From Sphyrna mokarran (taxonomy: Eukaryota), in the NCBI GenBank assembly GCA_024679065.1, contig JAGIQG010000013.1, positions 48,236,001-48,300,000 of the forward strand: a stretch of 64,000 nt of DNA, read 5' to 3'. Made by a program: the position numbers and the translations under genes. The notes beneath the pieces are model-generated. The model was not told where the DNA came from. It worked only from the letters and a program-made list of their open reading frames with translations, and ran no database searches. Below are positions 1-11,369 of the stretch, in pieces (within the stretch, counting starts at the first letter, position 1; every line of letters starts with the position of its first letter).

Positions 1-515
1 TAGTCATGACTTTCCCATTAATCTCCATCATTTCTCTTGTTCCCATTTGCAAAAAATTACCGTTCAATGCCACTGCTGCACTACATTTATTTTTATCAAT
101 ATTTCCCGTGTTGTGTTTCAAAAACAAACTTCACAATCGTTAATGAGTTTCTGAGTTTTCTTGTATAAATCTTTATTACATGGTAATTATATCAAAGCGC
201 AGTCTTCATCATCATCACTGTTGATTTAACTGATAAGAGCCAGAAATAATAAGGTAATGCTAGCTGGAAATGTTGACTTTGAAAACCAGCTTTCCTAAAT
301 CTATTAATCAGCATTATCCGTTTAAAAGAAATGGATAATCAGGTAATTATAGATTTTATTTATGATAAACGAGCCCAAAAGTGTTTATTTAGTACTAGAG
401 AAAACCACAAGACCATCAGCAATTCTTTCTAAAGCTCATAAAATTCATAGTAATTAAGAAAAATCAGGAAGAACTTTCTTAACCAGGTATACTGATAACC
501 AAGTATGTACATTAC

Positions 516-671
516 CATATACTGACATTGGTGGTAGTTTAGTTATTGAATCCAGTTTTTCCCAGGAATACGTTGCGCTGGGGATAGCTTCTTTGGAGCT
601 ACAAGTCAGTGTAACATCATTTCCAGTGTCAACAACTCCTTGAAGTTCACACAATGGAATAGTGGGTGGCA
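516..671 (-). CDS. IGSF11: IGSF11 internal coding exon (first half of the C2-type Ig domain), 156 bp, phase 1 to 1
   Basis: (V)PPTIPLCELQGVVDTGNDVTLTCSSKEAIPSATYSWEKLDSITKLPPMSVY, matching recalled human [48 protein letters not shown]. Acceptor cttttctttcag, donor ATG|GTAATG. Phase is compatible with the previous exon. Confidence 0.95.
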
Positions 672-1751
672 CTGAAAGAAAAGATTACAAAACATCAGCT
701 CTGAAAAGCACAGCTAGAGCATCATTAAAACACATCTCCCCCACAAATTAATGAGAGCACAGATGCAAGCAGGCCACATATCGCCTGGGGAAATGCTTAT
801 ATTTATTGCCTCATCATTTTGGTAGGAAAAGCCACAAAGCTCCTGCGTGACCATTCAACTCAACAAATGATCAAAGTTACACATTTTTTGCACAGTTGTC
901 AAGTACTCCCATTACATCTGGTCTGACATTAGCGACAATACTCAGCACCCCAATTTTTGTACTTTTGCATAATGACAAAGTTCTGTTTGGGTACAATTCA
1001 TATTTATCAGAACATTCACCAATTCACAGCAGATTGTGCACTCAGTCAGCTCGTCACTTTGATCTGTGCTTTGACTCAATTTTTAGGATCATTCACAGCA
1101 TTATTTTATATTAAATTCTCAAATTAGAAAGATCACAAATGCTCACAGATCTAATCATGGCTGAAACATTATTCTGCAATAATGCTGCGCCCTTCAATGA
1201 GATGATTGAGTAGGGATCTCATAGCGGGTCGATGGTAATAACTAGTACAGAAAGGATAAATTCAGAATGTTACATTAAGTATAACTATGGCAGAAATCTA
1301 GTCCCAATGTGGCAGAGAGAACTGAGTCGGTTGAGGCACAGAAGTGTACATTGCCAATTGGTGAGAGAGTTTGCCAGCACCATTCTGCCCCCAGATCATT
1401 TTCCTGGAGGCTGGATTCGGGCAGAACCCATCTGCAAAGCGCACGTGAGCAACTGAGATGATTGAAAAGTTCAGAGAGAGGCTGACTGGAAAATTCCAGT
1501 GGGCCCGCAGGTCCTCCACAGCATTGGGGTGGCCTCCCAGTGGCAGAGAAATGTTGGGAGGAGGCAAGCAACGTTCCAGGCTGACTTTGAACTCCTTCCT
1601 TTCCTCCCTCTCATTCCCCCTCTACAATGGTAGTCTGACAGCTGTGGCTTCACAACGCACAGTCCATTCTCTCTCTCTGTCCCTTAGCTACAAGAACGGG
1701 ATGTACTTCATTCCAATGCAGAGGTTTATTGACCCTGTGGTTTTGAAAGCC

Positions 1752-1936
1752 ATGATGTGGAGATGCCGGTGTTGGACTGGGGTAAAACAGAAAGAAATCC
1801 CATAATACCAGCTTAACGTCCAACAAATTTATTTGCAGTAAATGCCGCAAACTTTCAGAACAGGCTGTTCCATCATCAGGTGGCTAGGAGTTCTTGTTGG
1901 ACATTAAGCTGGTGTTGTGGGATTTCTTTCTGTTTT
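1752..1936. mobile_element. Non-autonomous hairpin Penelope-like (pLTR-derived) element with inverted arms and TSD
   Basis: 43-bp inverted arms at 1784-1826 and 1894-1936 (3 mismatches). A leader ATGTGGAGATGCCGGTGTTGGACTGGGG is shared with the element at 38223. A 12-bp direct repeat GTTTTGAAAGCC lies at 1740-1751 and 1932-1943. The spacer holds a hammerhead motif. Confidence 0.75.
1844..1884 (-). ncRNA. Minimal type I hammerhead ribozyme motif (Penelope-associated), core intact
   Basis: Minus strand reads GCCAC-CUGAUGA-U-GGAACA-gcc-UGUUCU-GAAA-GUUU-GCGGC. Both conserved boxes are present, stem II is 6 bp, stem I GCCAC/GCGGC has one mismatch, and helix III has no loop. Confidence 0.65.
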
Positions 1937-2429
1937 GAAAGCCTGACCACCCAATTTAATTGAATAGCAAGTATGTCTATTAGTCACTAGTTCAGACGTA
2001 AAGGCATCAGCTCAAAGATCCTGACACCATTTGGAGGTCTGACCCAGAATGGATAATCCTGCCCCATGGGCTGCATTTTATTGTGAGCGCAGCAATCCTG
2101 TTGTCAGGATGAATTCCAGTCAGGGACCCCAAATATTAAGTATGGGGCATCACGATGGAGCCATGCTATTAACTTTGGCACTCGCTAATATCCAGAATTA
2201 TCAGGATTCTTTTGCAGGGGAAGCAACTCTGCTTGAAAACATTTGCCCATGGATGTGCTGAATAATGCTAATATACTCATTTAAAAGGTAACTTTGCAGA
2301 TTTGTTTCATGAAACACTGTTCCCCTGCTGTGCTCTCGTCTCCGGTGACAAGGCAAGCCACCGACACAGCAGTGATCTGGTGTGCCTCAGACAAACTGGC
2401 ATTGCCCTCAGAAAAGGCCATTACAGAAT

Positions 2430-3310
2430 GCATTAAACACCTTTAATTGGCTTCCCCAAGTTGCCAGGCAGGTTGCCGTCTGCGCATACAGCACGGCTCT
2501 GGGGAAGCGATCCGAAACAAGGAGGTGATTGTGCAGTTGGGAAATGCACTTCAAGATTTTACAGGCCTCCTCTTTCCAAGGGGCCAAAAAAGCTCCCAAT
2601 GCCTTTTTAACAGCCCTCTCAATTTGTCCTGCCACCTTCAAAAGATTTGCATGCGTACACAGCCAGAATCACATCCTCTTTAGCTTACATTGCCTTCCTC
2701 GTTCTCCCTAGCAATATTATTTCACATCTCTCTGCATCGTAAGTCTGTACATTTCAATAGCCTTTGTTCCAAAGTCTCTTCATATCCTCTCCTATGTTGA
2801 CCATAGTTCCAACTTCTGTGCCATCTGAAATGTTTAAATAAAATTGTGTACATTGAAGTTTAGGTCATTAAGGCACATCAAATAGTTCAGTGGTCTGAAC
2901 ATCAATGCCTGGAAGACAGCACTGCACATCCCTAAAGCCTTAAAAACTGTTCACTCCTATTTGCTTTATGTCCCTTGGCCAATTCATATTCACACAGTTA
3001 TGCCTCACTAATTTGAATTTTGCTGACAAATCTATTGTGTGGTATTTTATTAGATAAATTTTGAAAGTCCATCAAGGCAACATCAGCTGCACAGCCACCA
3101 TCCATCCTCCCCATTATTTCATCAAATAATTCAATTCAAATTAATCAAACATGGTTTCTGCCATAATCTGGTTTTCAGTTATTAACCCTTATTTTGCCAA
3201 TTAATTCTGTCTTGGATTAGTGTCTGAACACCAATGTTAGGTTATCTGCTCTAAATTGTCAGGCTTACCATTCTCCCTTTTGGAACAATGCTGTAACATC
3301 TGTAATCCTT
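2430..3310 (-). mobile_element. Decayed CR1-type LINE ORF2 (RT) fragments
   Basis: Minus-strand translation includes 'KVAGQIERAVKKA' (CR1 KVxxQVDKVVKKA). Further degenerate RT-region similarity extends to about 3300. Confidence 0.5.
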
Positions 3311-4299
3311 CATTCCAAAACCTAAGAGATTGCAAGTTGTGACAGGGACTCCACAGTTTCTGCCCTTCCTTCCCTCAGCAAAACTGTGGTGATGGAGGAC
3401 TGCTTTCCTCTGGTTAGATGAACTACAGTCAGTCAAAAAGCTGTCCTCATCCCATATCTATCTGGTGATCTTAAGATATGAGACATAATATAAAATGCTG
3501 GTAAGATTCAGTGGCAGGACATCAATACTTTACCAACCTTTATTTTCTATTGCATTGACAAGCTGTCCAATTTGGACACCACAAATCCTTCCCTTAGCAT
3601 TTAATTGGACTCTCAGCTGTCTATCGACACGTTCAGAGATCTAACACTGAATTCGTGTGGATGTGCTTCACCGCACCAACAGTGGCATTGACAACTTCAT
3701 ACCACACATGGCACGGCAGTGAGGCAGCATGCATCTGTCGATAGATGAGACAGCTTTTAACTAAATAGTAACAGCTACATTCCGACAATAAAATGATCGC
3801 ATAACGCACCATCTGCAATACCTGCTTCACCTTCTGATGGAACATTTCCAAGCCCCATTCAGAGTTGAAAGTATCTGTGAATGCTGAGATTACTGTTGTG
3901 AACAACTAGCTCATGATTCATGCATGTCAGAATGTACTTTAAAGGGCAGCTTGTGGTTTCAGGAATTTAAATTTAACTGTAGAAATTGGGATAAGTGCAA
4001 TTGGGGCAATCTTGGAGTTCATTACTCTCAAAGGTTGGCAAGCCACATGACTGATAATCATGTCTTTCTACCTATTAACCTCATCAAACAGCAGGTAGGC
4101 TTACATAGCCAAAGAGCTGGAGAAATGCTGAATGCAATGCTTGCAAGAACAAAGGCAGCCCAGAGAGATGTTGCTGTTTTGGGAATTTGAGGGAAATTAG
4201 TTTTAAAACATTTAGGAAGTCCTGAAACATGGTAAAATCCAATTACTTAAATCAGATCAAAGAATAAATTCTAAATTTATTGCTCTCTTTCATGAAATT

Positions 4300-4545
4300 G
4301 TTGCTGATCTGCACCACAATTCCCATTTTCTTACTTTTACTCCAAGTACCCATTGCCCCTACCTAACACAAATCTATTTACCTCAGGTCTTGAAAGCTCC
4401 AAGTGCCCAAGGTACCCACTGACTTTCTGGGGACAGAGTTCCAAATTTAAAGCATCCTTTGCATTAAAAAAAAACTTCCTGAAATCACTTCTGAATGACC
4501 TACCTCCAATGTTAAGATAATGTCCCTTGTTTTAGATTTCCCCAT
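4300..4545 (-). mobile_element. Decayed CR1 LINE 3' end
   Basis: Resembles the reverse complement of the CR1 3' region seen at 22900-23100 and 41160-41420 (ctggggacagagttccaa...aaaaacttcct). Confidence 0.55.
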
Positions 4546-5434
4546 AACTCAATTGGGCTGGAAAGGATCTTGTACATGCAACTTGATTTCATTCTATTGC
4601 TTAGAATTTTGCACCAAATTATTTTTTGTTTTTGAGTAAAGCATGGCAGTCGCAGTATGTATCACAAAGAAATCAAAAAGAGATAAATATGTCGCAAGAG
4701 CACCCTCTAGTGCATTGCTTCATTTCTGCATAATATTATAAAGGCAAGTACATATTAAAAATCTAAAAAACACGCCTGAATTATCTATAGAGTGCAACAT
4801 TTTTCCCAATGGTTCTGTTATCCCATGAAAATGCTGTATTCAAAATATTGAAGTTTTCCAAATATATCATCGATTACATTTATTTTTCCACCAATATTTG
4901 CAAAAAACTGTGGCAGAAATGTAGTCTTGCGTAACGCACACAATAATCATGCCAAATATGTATGATAGCTATGCTCAAAAGAAAAGAATAACTTGGTGTA
5001 AAATCCTTTCCAGCCCAATTGAGCCATGGAGAAATCTAAACCAAGAAAACCAAAAATGTGTCTTTGCAGAAATTAATGGCAATAATCTTAATTATTGGTG
5101 CAGGAAAATGATCCAATTTTTTCATTTTATTTTATAAAGGAAAGACATTATGATTTCTAAGTTAAGCCTTTTTTTTAAGATGTGCTCTGGTCTGGTGTCA
5201 TTTGAAACACACTTTGAATACTTCACATTCTTTTTCTTCATGTCAAAATGTTCATTGTAGCTTTCTGCATTCAATTTATTTCTCATCCTTCAAGTCTGCT
5301 TTACTTAAAACTTAGTTAATGACTCTCACTTCTTCTCAAATTAAGTACTAGGGAAGGAAGCAGTCACTCACTATGTGGGGGCAAAGGATTTTCAATTCTC
5401 AACCATGACTTCAAAAGGCCACTGCCATCTTTTT

Positions 5435-5720
5435 TTCTTAGTTATTCTTTCTCAAGAAGTGGGTATTGCTGGCTAGGCCTGGGTATATTGCCCAGCTTCT
5501 TAAACTGTGTAATCCATACAGTATAGGTACACCATTACACTGTTAGGTAGGGATTCCAGATTTTAATCCAAAGATAGTTATATATTTCCAAGTCAGGAAG
5601 GTATGTGGCTTGGAGAGGAACTTGTAAGCAATGATGTTCCTGTGCATCTGCCACCCTTGTTCTTCCAGTTGGAAGAGGCTGCAGATTTGAAGCTTTTTTT
5701 TTTCAAAACAGCCTTGCTGA
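5435..5720 (-). mobile_element. 3' end of a second LINE family (same family as 29000-29770)
   Basis: Reverse complement resembles 29440-29770 and 48315-48520 (gggcaata...tgctggcctagccagc...cccac tail). Confidence 0.55.
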
Positions 5721-6389
5721 GTTGTTTCAGTATCTTAAAGAAAGTTGACTCTGTGTGTCAGTGTGGAATGAGTGAATATTTAAGGCCCGTTCCAAGCACT
5801 TTAAGGCAGCTCTTTCCATCACAAGGTCATAAGCTGAAGTTCTAGGGTCACAAGCTCTGCAACTGCAATGTGTGCACTGGACCTCCAACAATGTTAACAG
5901 CTGCGAGTCCCCTTAAAATTCTTACTTTGGTTTTAAATAGTAGTCAGGGCTTGAAACACCCTGACCTCTGCTGCTGAAAAGGCAGAATCACAAATATGTG
6001 AAGATACACAATGCGCACACAGGAAATGCTATGTTAAGTGTCTGATAGTTTCTGTTAGATTTGCCATTCCATTGATCAAGAGCCAGATTCAGAACTGAGT
6101 GAGATGGTGATCACTGGAGTTGACCTATATACAACAGCACATTTCAGAATTCTGATTCAACTCCTCAGAACACCATGCCATAAGAGCAGAGAAGCCAATA
6201 CCAGAGATCCTAGAAATAAGCACCAAAGATTCAACCAGCAATGACTCCCTGTCAGAAACAGTGCAATGAGAGGAAGGTCTGCTCAGTGCTGAGGTTTTTT
6301 TTTTTTACAGAACATGACTAGACAACACAGTCAAACACACTCGATGGGTTGAATGGCCCTCTTCTGCACTGTACGATTCTATGGATCCT

Positions 6390-6960
6390 AAGATGCTCAA
6401 TAGGACTGATGGGGCAAGGTGAGAGGCAGTGGGAGTCAGACATAAAAATGAGAATTTTTAAATTGTGGTGCTGGTAAACTGACAGTCACAGGCCTGTGAG
6501 CCCAAGAGTGATGAGTGAACAGGATCAGTGGGAGTTGGGATAAGCGCAGTAGAATTTCACGAAGGATGGCAGAAAACAGATTGGCCATCAGAGCATTGAA
6601 ATCATTGTGTGTAGAGATAATAAAAGAAAGATGATGATTTCAGCAGAAGATGGGCCAAGACAGATGGAAATGTAGAATATTCTGAAAGTGGATGTAAGTT
6701 TGCGATGAAGTGGACAAGGGAGTCAGAAATTCAGTTCAGGGTCAAATGGGACATTGGAGTCACGAACAGCCTAGTTTAGTCTGAAACAATAGCGTGAATA
6801 GGATGGTAATGGTGGTTAGAGGTCAGGTTTTGCGGCAGGAACCAAAGGCAATAATTTAGGTCTTCCTAATATTTATCCAGGACTGGATGTTGGATGGAAA
6901 ATAAGAGAGAGCTGGAGGTGAAATAGGAGTATTACCACATCATACAAGTAGAACTTGACA
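6390..6960 (-). mobile_element. Old L2/CR1-group LINE relic
   Basis: Purine-rich degenerate sequence typical of an antisense L2 ORF2; same character as 27740-28640. No intact ORF. Confidence 0.35.
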
Positions 6961-6964
6961 TTAT

Positions 6965-7645
6965 GAGTGGGATTCTCCTAATTTGAGACTAAGTGCTATA
7001 GCAGGAAGAGAAACATGGTGTTTCCCCATTATGGTAGATTTGGAAAACACACCAAATTTTCATCCCCAGTGTTATCATTTATGACCCCAGATGTTTTACA
7101 CCGCATTCCATAGTGCAGCAGGCCTGGATGGCACACTGTCCACCACTGTGTCCAAGTACCAAATTGAAAAGGTGCCCAACATCACTGACTCACCACTGAA
7201 GAAAGGAGGACCTTCTGGAAAAAAAGACAGATCTCCGGGGGCACTCTGACACTGAAGATGGACCACCTCCAGGCCTGATCTGGAAGATTTACCTGCAGGT
7301 ACTTTACCAACTCACTGTGGTGCTCCAGCATCCAGAGTCACCATCCTGAACTCTGAAGGCAGCCTCAGCCTTTGCTCAGATGAATCCCAACATCTGTATG
7401 CCAAATTGTTCCAAATATATTTCATGACAAAGTGTGCTCCTACTGGCATTGCGGAGAATCTGATGTGGGGAAAAGGGCCATTAACGGATGCAAATGAAGT
7501 CCTCTGGCAGGTTTGCTGATCCACCATAGTGGACACCAGCAAAAAGTCCTGCTGTAAATTCACGCAGGATAAAACTAGTTTCTGACCCTCCCATTGTATT
7601 CTCCCACTATGCCCATCAAACACAATAATTGGGGGAATTCTGCCT
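6965..7645. mobile_element. Non-autonomous DNA transposon (PIF/Harbinger-like MITE) with 14-bp imperfect TIRs and 3-bp TSD
   Basis: Left end GAGTGGGATTCTCC (6965-6978) and right end GGGGAATTCTGCCT (7632-7645), both close to GGGCGGGATTCTCC and its reverse complement. TAT flanks both ends (6962-6964, 7646-7648). Confidence 0.55.
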
Positions 7646-7869
7646 TATGATTTCAAAGTGAAGCTTTCACAAAACCAGTGCATACCCTAGGTATCTTTGT
7701 AGCACTTGTTCAGGATAAAAAAAAACAGGAAATGAGAGCACGTGGGTTTTGGGCACAACAACGGAACAGCTTTATCAGATAGCTGTTCACTCCACAGTGG
7801 CTGGATCTGGACTGAGTAAAGCCTGCAAAGTAGTCAATAACATCACAGACTGAACAAAGGAACTATGCA

Positions 7870-8340
7870 TCGCACAATAACGTATAACAATCACATCAAA
7901 TATTTTTTGAATACTACCCAGTGTTTTTCCCTTAGGTTTAACTGTTCATCTCAGCTTGCTGGATTCAATTTACTTCTCATTCCTTTGAGACTGCTTTACT
8001 TGTACTTAAAGACTTGGTTAGTGGCTCTCCCTTCTTCTCAAATCAAATATCAAATTCAATCACATTATGGCCATTATTCCCAAGATGTCCCTTTACCGTC
8101 AGAATGATATCTAATTCTGGCTCATAGCACATCAGTAAATCCAGTATGGCCAATTGCTTTGCCAGTTCTAATACATATTGTTCTAAGGAACTGTCCCAAA
8201 TGCGTTCTAGAAATCCATTGCTTTTATTATTTGAGCTTTTATACTCCACCAGTATCTGAAAATTAAAGTGTCCCAATAATCATTTTTTTCTATACTTGCT
8301 TGCTCTCTGTATTTGTGCAGTCCCTCACTGCCACATCACT
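7870..8340 (-). mobile_element. CR1 LINE ORF2 APE-endonuclease relic
   Basis: ORF 8043-8276 reads MGHFN...FLERIWDSSLEQYVLELAKQLAILDLLMCYEPEL...HLGNNGHNVIEF, corresponding to the CR1 endonuclease motifs GDFN / FLEQYV.EPTR..AILDL / LG.SDH. Confidence 0.8.
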
Positions 8341-9261
8341 TTCAGGAAGGCCAGTGATTTTCAACTGTGCGCTACAGGTAGGGTGCAAGTGTGTTGTGGC
8401 CACATGGTAGATCACAAGTCCTGACTTTATTTTATTTCTCTTTCTGTCAATTCCTGAAGGCTTGGCTTCAATGCCACCATAGCAACTATAGCTAATGGAT
8501 TCAACCTCAATTAACACAAACAACAACTCTTAATCAGGTGGAAGGAATGGAGGTGGTGGAAAGAAAATCCCAGTAGGTCAGAGGAATTTTAAACAATTAG
8601 GGATTTAAGGTACTAAACAAACAATTGACACCAAGTCAAATGGCCTCAAATCAGACTAGCAGTTTAACAGGGAAATTGCCTGCATAAAGACATATAAAAA
8701 TGAGATTTGAATAAGTATTTCTGATTGAGCATATATTTTAAAAACTATTAACTGTATTTTATAAAAATAAATAATTGTGCACTTTAGCCAAGAGCAGCTG
8801 TCGCAGGGGATGATGAGCTAAAGCTTTAGCAGACAGAATCACGAACCTCAGAATGTGAAAGTTCTTATCAGTGAAAGTTGCTAGCATTATGGTTCTCAGG
8901 GCTACTTACAAATAAAGATATTCACACTTTCCAGATAAGAAAGGCATCTTCTTAGGTATAAGAATGTACATCTGTCTCGTTTGATCAGCGATATAACAGG
9001 AGTGGGTGGGAACCTTAACTTTGACCTTTGTAGCTCAGCATCAGGAGTTACCAGACAACAGAGGAAAAAGCAACAGCAATTGAGGGAGGAAGCATCCAGA
9101 TTCTATGGACCAATGAAATCCTAAGATGTCAGAAGGTAGAATGCAATTAGCTAAAGTATGTAGCAAGTGTTATTAATGATTGAGTTATATTGAAAATAAC
9201 TGGTTCACAACTAATGAAAGGTGAGAGAATTTGATATGAAAAATGTATAATCGATCAATTA

Positions 9262-9556
9262 GGGCAGCACAGTAGCACAGTGGTTAACACAGTTGCCTCA
9301 CAGTGCCGGGTACTCAGTTTCAATTTCAGCTGTGGGTTACTGTTTGTGTGGAGTTTGCACAATGCGTGGGTTTCCTCCAGGTGCTCTGGTTTCCTCCCAC
9401 AGTCCAAAGATGTGCGGGTTAGATTAACAGGCCTGCTAAATTGATCTGAGTATCAGAGTAAATATCTGGGATTATGGGAATAAAGCATGGGTGGGATTGT
9501 AGTCAGTGCAGACTCGAACTGAATGGCTTCCTTCTGCACTGTAGGGATTCTATGAT
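9262..9556 (+). mobile_element. HE1-type V-SINE, full length, CR1/HER1-derived tail
   Basis: tRNA-like head (TAGCACAGTGG A-box, GTTTCAATTTC B-box), V-domain GGGTTTCCTCCAGGTGCTCTGGTTTCCTCCCACAGTCCAAAGA, tail GAATGGCTTCCTTCTGCACTGTAGGGATTCTATGA. Confidence 0.85.
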
Positions 9557-10611
9557 TTGTGCATCGTAACCTTAGAGTGACTGGCATTGGAATGCTGAGA
9601 GTTTTTCTTGTAGCAAGGCACCAGACTGCCCCCAATGCTCGCTCTCCCATGGTTAAAAATATTCTTTAAACCGGGACACTGCTTTTCGTGAATCTTTGTA
9701 TGGGCTGAAGTTATAGTGATATGTAACCTCCAGAGAATCCTGCAACAGGAGGGAAAAGGATAAAGGAAGGGAAAGAAAATGGAGCTGAAGAGCATCATAT
9801 TGCTCCAGAAGCTCCAGACCATGAGGGTCTTTGTTGGTGACTTGGGAACGGAAACTGCCAGAGGAGAGCTGGAATGAACTTTCAATGACTGTGGCTCTTT
9901 AAGGAATGTGTGGATAGCATGGAACCCTCCAGGTTTCACTTCTGTGGAGTTTGAAGATCCCAGGGGTGCAGAGGATGCTTTTCAGAAATGAACATCAAGA
10001 TTGACAGAGATTGAGAAATTCTGGGCTTATTTGGAATGACTGGGTTTCGTTCGTCTCTACATACATGTGGATTACATACATGTTTCATACTTTTAAAACA
10101 TTTACTTCCTGAGTCATTCAAGATTTTCAATCCTACCTGTTAAAACATGAGCTGTGTAACTCTCAGATGCGTATGGAAAGTGGCAGAAACAAGAAATAAT
10201 CATTAAGGGGGCTGAAAGCACTTAAGGAGAACCAATTTAAAGTCATGCCTTGTGCCAGTTAATTTTAATTCTGATTCATTCGAGCATTTGTGGCACATAC
10301 AAAATACCAACAGATAACAGGGCAAGTTCTGCACAATCACATTTACAGAACATATCCAGAGCTAGAATGACCTCCAAACGTCTCCTGAACCCCTTAGCTG
10401 TATTTTTGGAGGTGCCACTTTAAAACATTTCAGGAGAACTTGAATTAATAATCAAATTCACAGGCCTTATCATTTCCCAATTTCATGGATATTAACCCGC
10501 ACATTTAAACTAGCAGCATTGCAGCTTCCTCGCTCTGGAAACGATGAATAACATGGGGCACTCCAGCATTTTAACAGTGGAAGGAAATTAAATGCAATTT
10601 ATTTTTGTGCC

Positions 10612-10848
10612 GAAAGCAAAATGCTGCAGATGCTGGACATCAGAAATAGAAACAAAAAAAAACGCTGGAAGTACTTAGCAGGCAGACAGCATCTGTGGAG
10701 ATGGAGAAACAGAGTTAATGTTCCAGGTTGGTGGCATTTCATCAGAACACAACGAAAGGTCATCAAACTGAAATGTCAGTTCTGTTTCTCTCTATACTTG
10801 CAGTCATATCCAGCATACACACTTTTTATTTTTGTTCCAGTTTTTCAG
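10612..10848. mobile_element. Decayed inverted-repeat Penelope-like pLTR element (second family) with eroded hammerhead motifs
   Basis: Head-to-head arms (GAGAAACAGAG...TTTCATCAGAAC versus GAAAGGTCATC...GAAATGTCAGTTCTGTTTCTCTC). Minus strand reads GUU-CUGAUGA-...-GGAA-CAUU-AAC. Confidence 0.55.
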
Positions 10849-11267
10849 TGGGAATGGGGTTGTATGATTACTTTGCGCCAAATCAAATTGAGACAGACAG
10901 AGTATAAATTTCATATTGCCTGTTCATATCAATGACTGTGACGCTCAGCTTAGGGGGAACATGTTGCTGATCTGCTAGCAGAAGGACATAGTTTGAAAGG
11001 GGCTAGCAACTAGGAAAATCTCATTCCCATTTAAGATGCGGATCAAGCAAACATAGTTACACAAGCTCTCAAAGCTGAAACTGGGATTACAGATCCCATT
11101 TCAAGAGATGTCGGTCCCTCACTCTACTGAGGTCTAAGTCCTGATCTCCAATTTGAAGAAGCTCTTCAAGATCAAGGCCTCGATCAAAGTCTTTCTCCAT
11201 CAAACAAGAAAACCACTAACCTTCAGAAAGTTGTCAGACCATCCCAACTACCAGCCCAGACCAGCAA

Positions 11268-11369
11268 TGCACGAGGGTTATGGGGATAGGGCCTTCATAG
11301 GATTGCAGTTGGTACAGACTCGATGCACTGAATGGCCTCCTTCTGCACAGTAGGATTCTATGATTCTAT
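11268..11369 (+). mobile_element. HE1 SINE 3' half / CR1-type tail
   Basis: Matches 9470-9556 and ends ...GCACAGTAGGATTCTATGATTCTAT. Confidence 0.7.

Noticed and set aside
1755-1783. Leader resembling the reverse complement of a tmRNA/tRNA 3' end (…GGCATCTCCAC)
   Set aside because: The similarity is short and lacks a proper T-arm. It is better explained as the distal part of the repeat unit shared with 38223.
8740-9250. Possible solo LTR
   Set aside because: Only a compositional impression. No TG...CA boundaries, TSD or second copy could be established.
9262-9335. tRNA genes at SINE heads (also 17159, 23335, 40497, 63468)
   Set aside because: A/B boxes are followed by SINE bodies and tails and no complete cloverleaf is evident.
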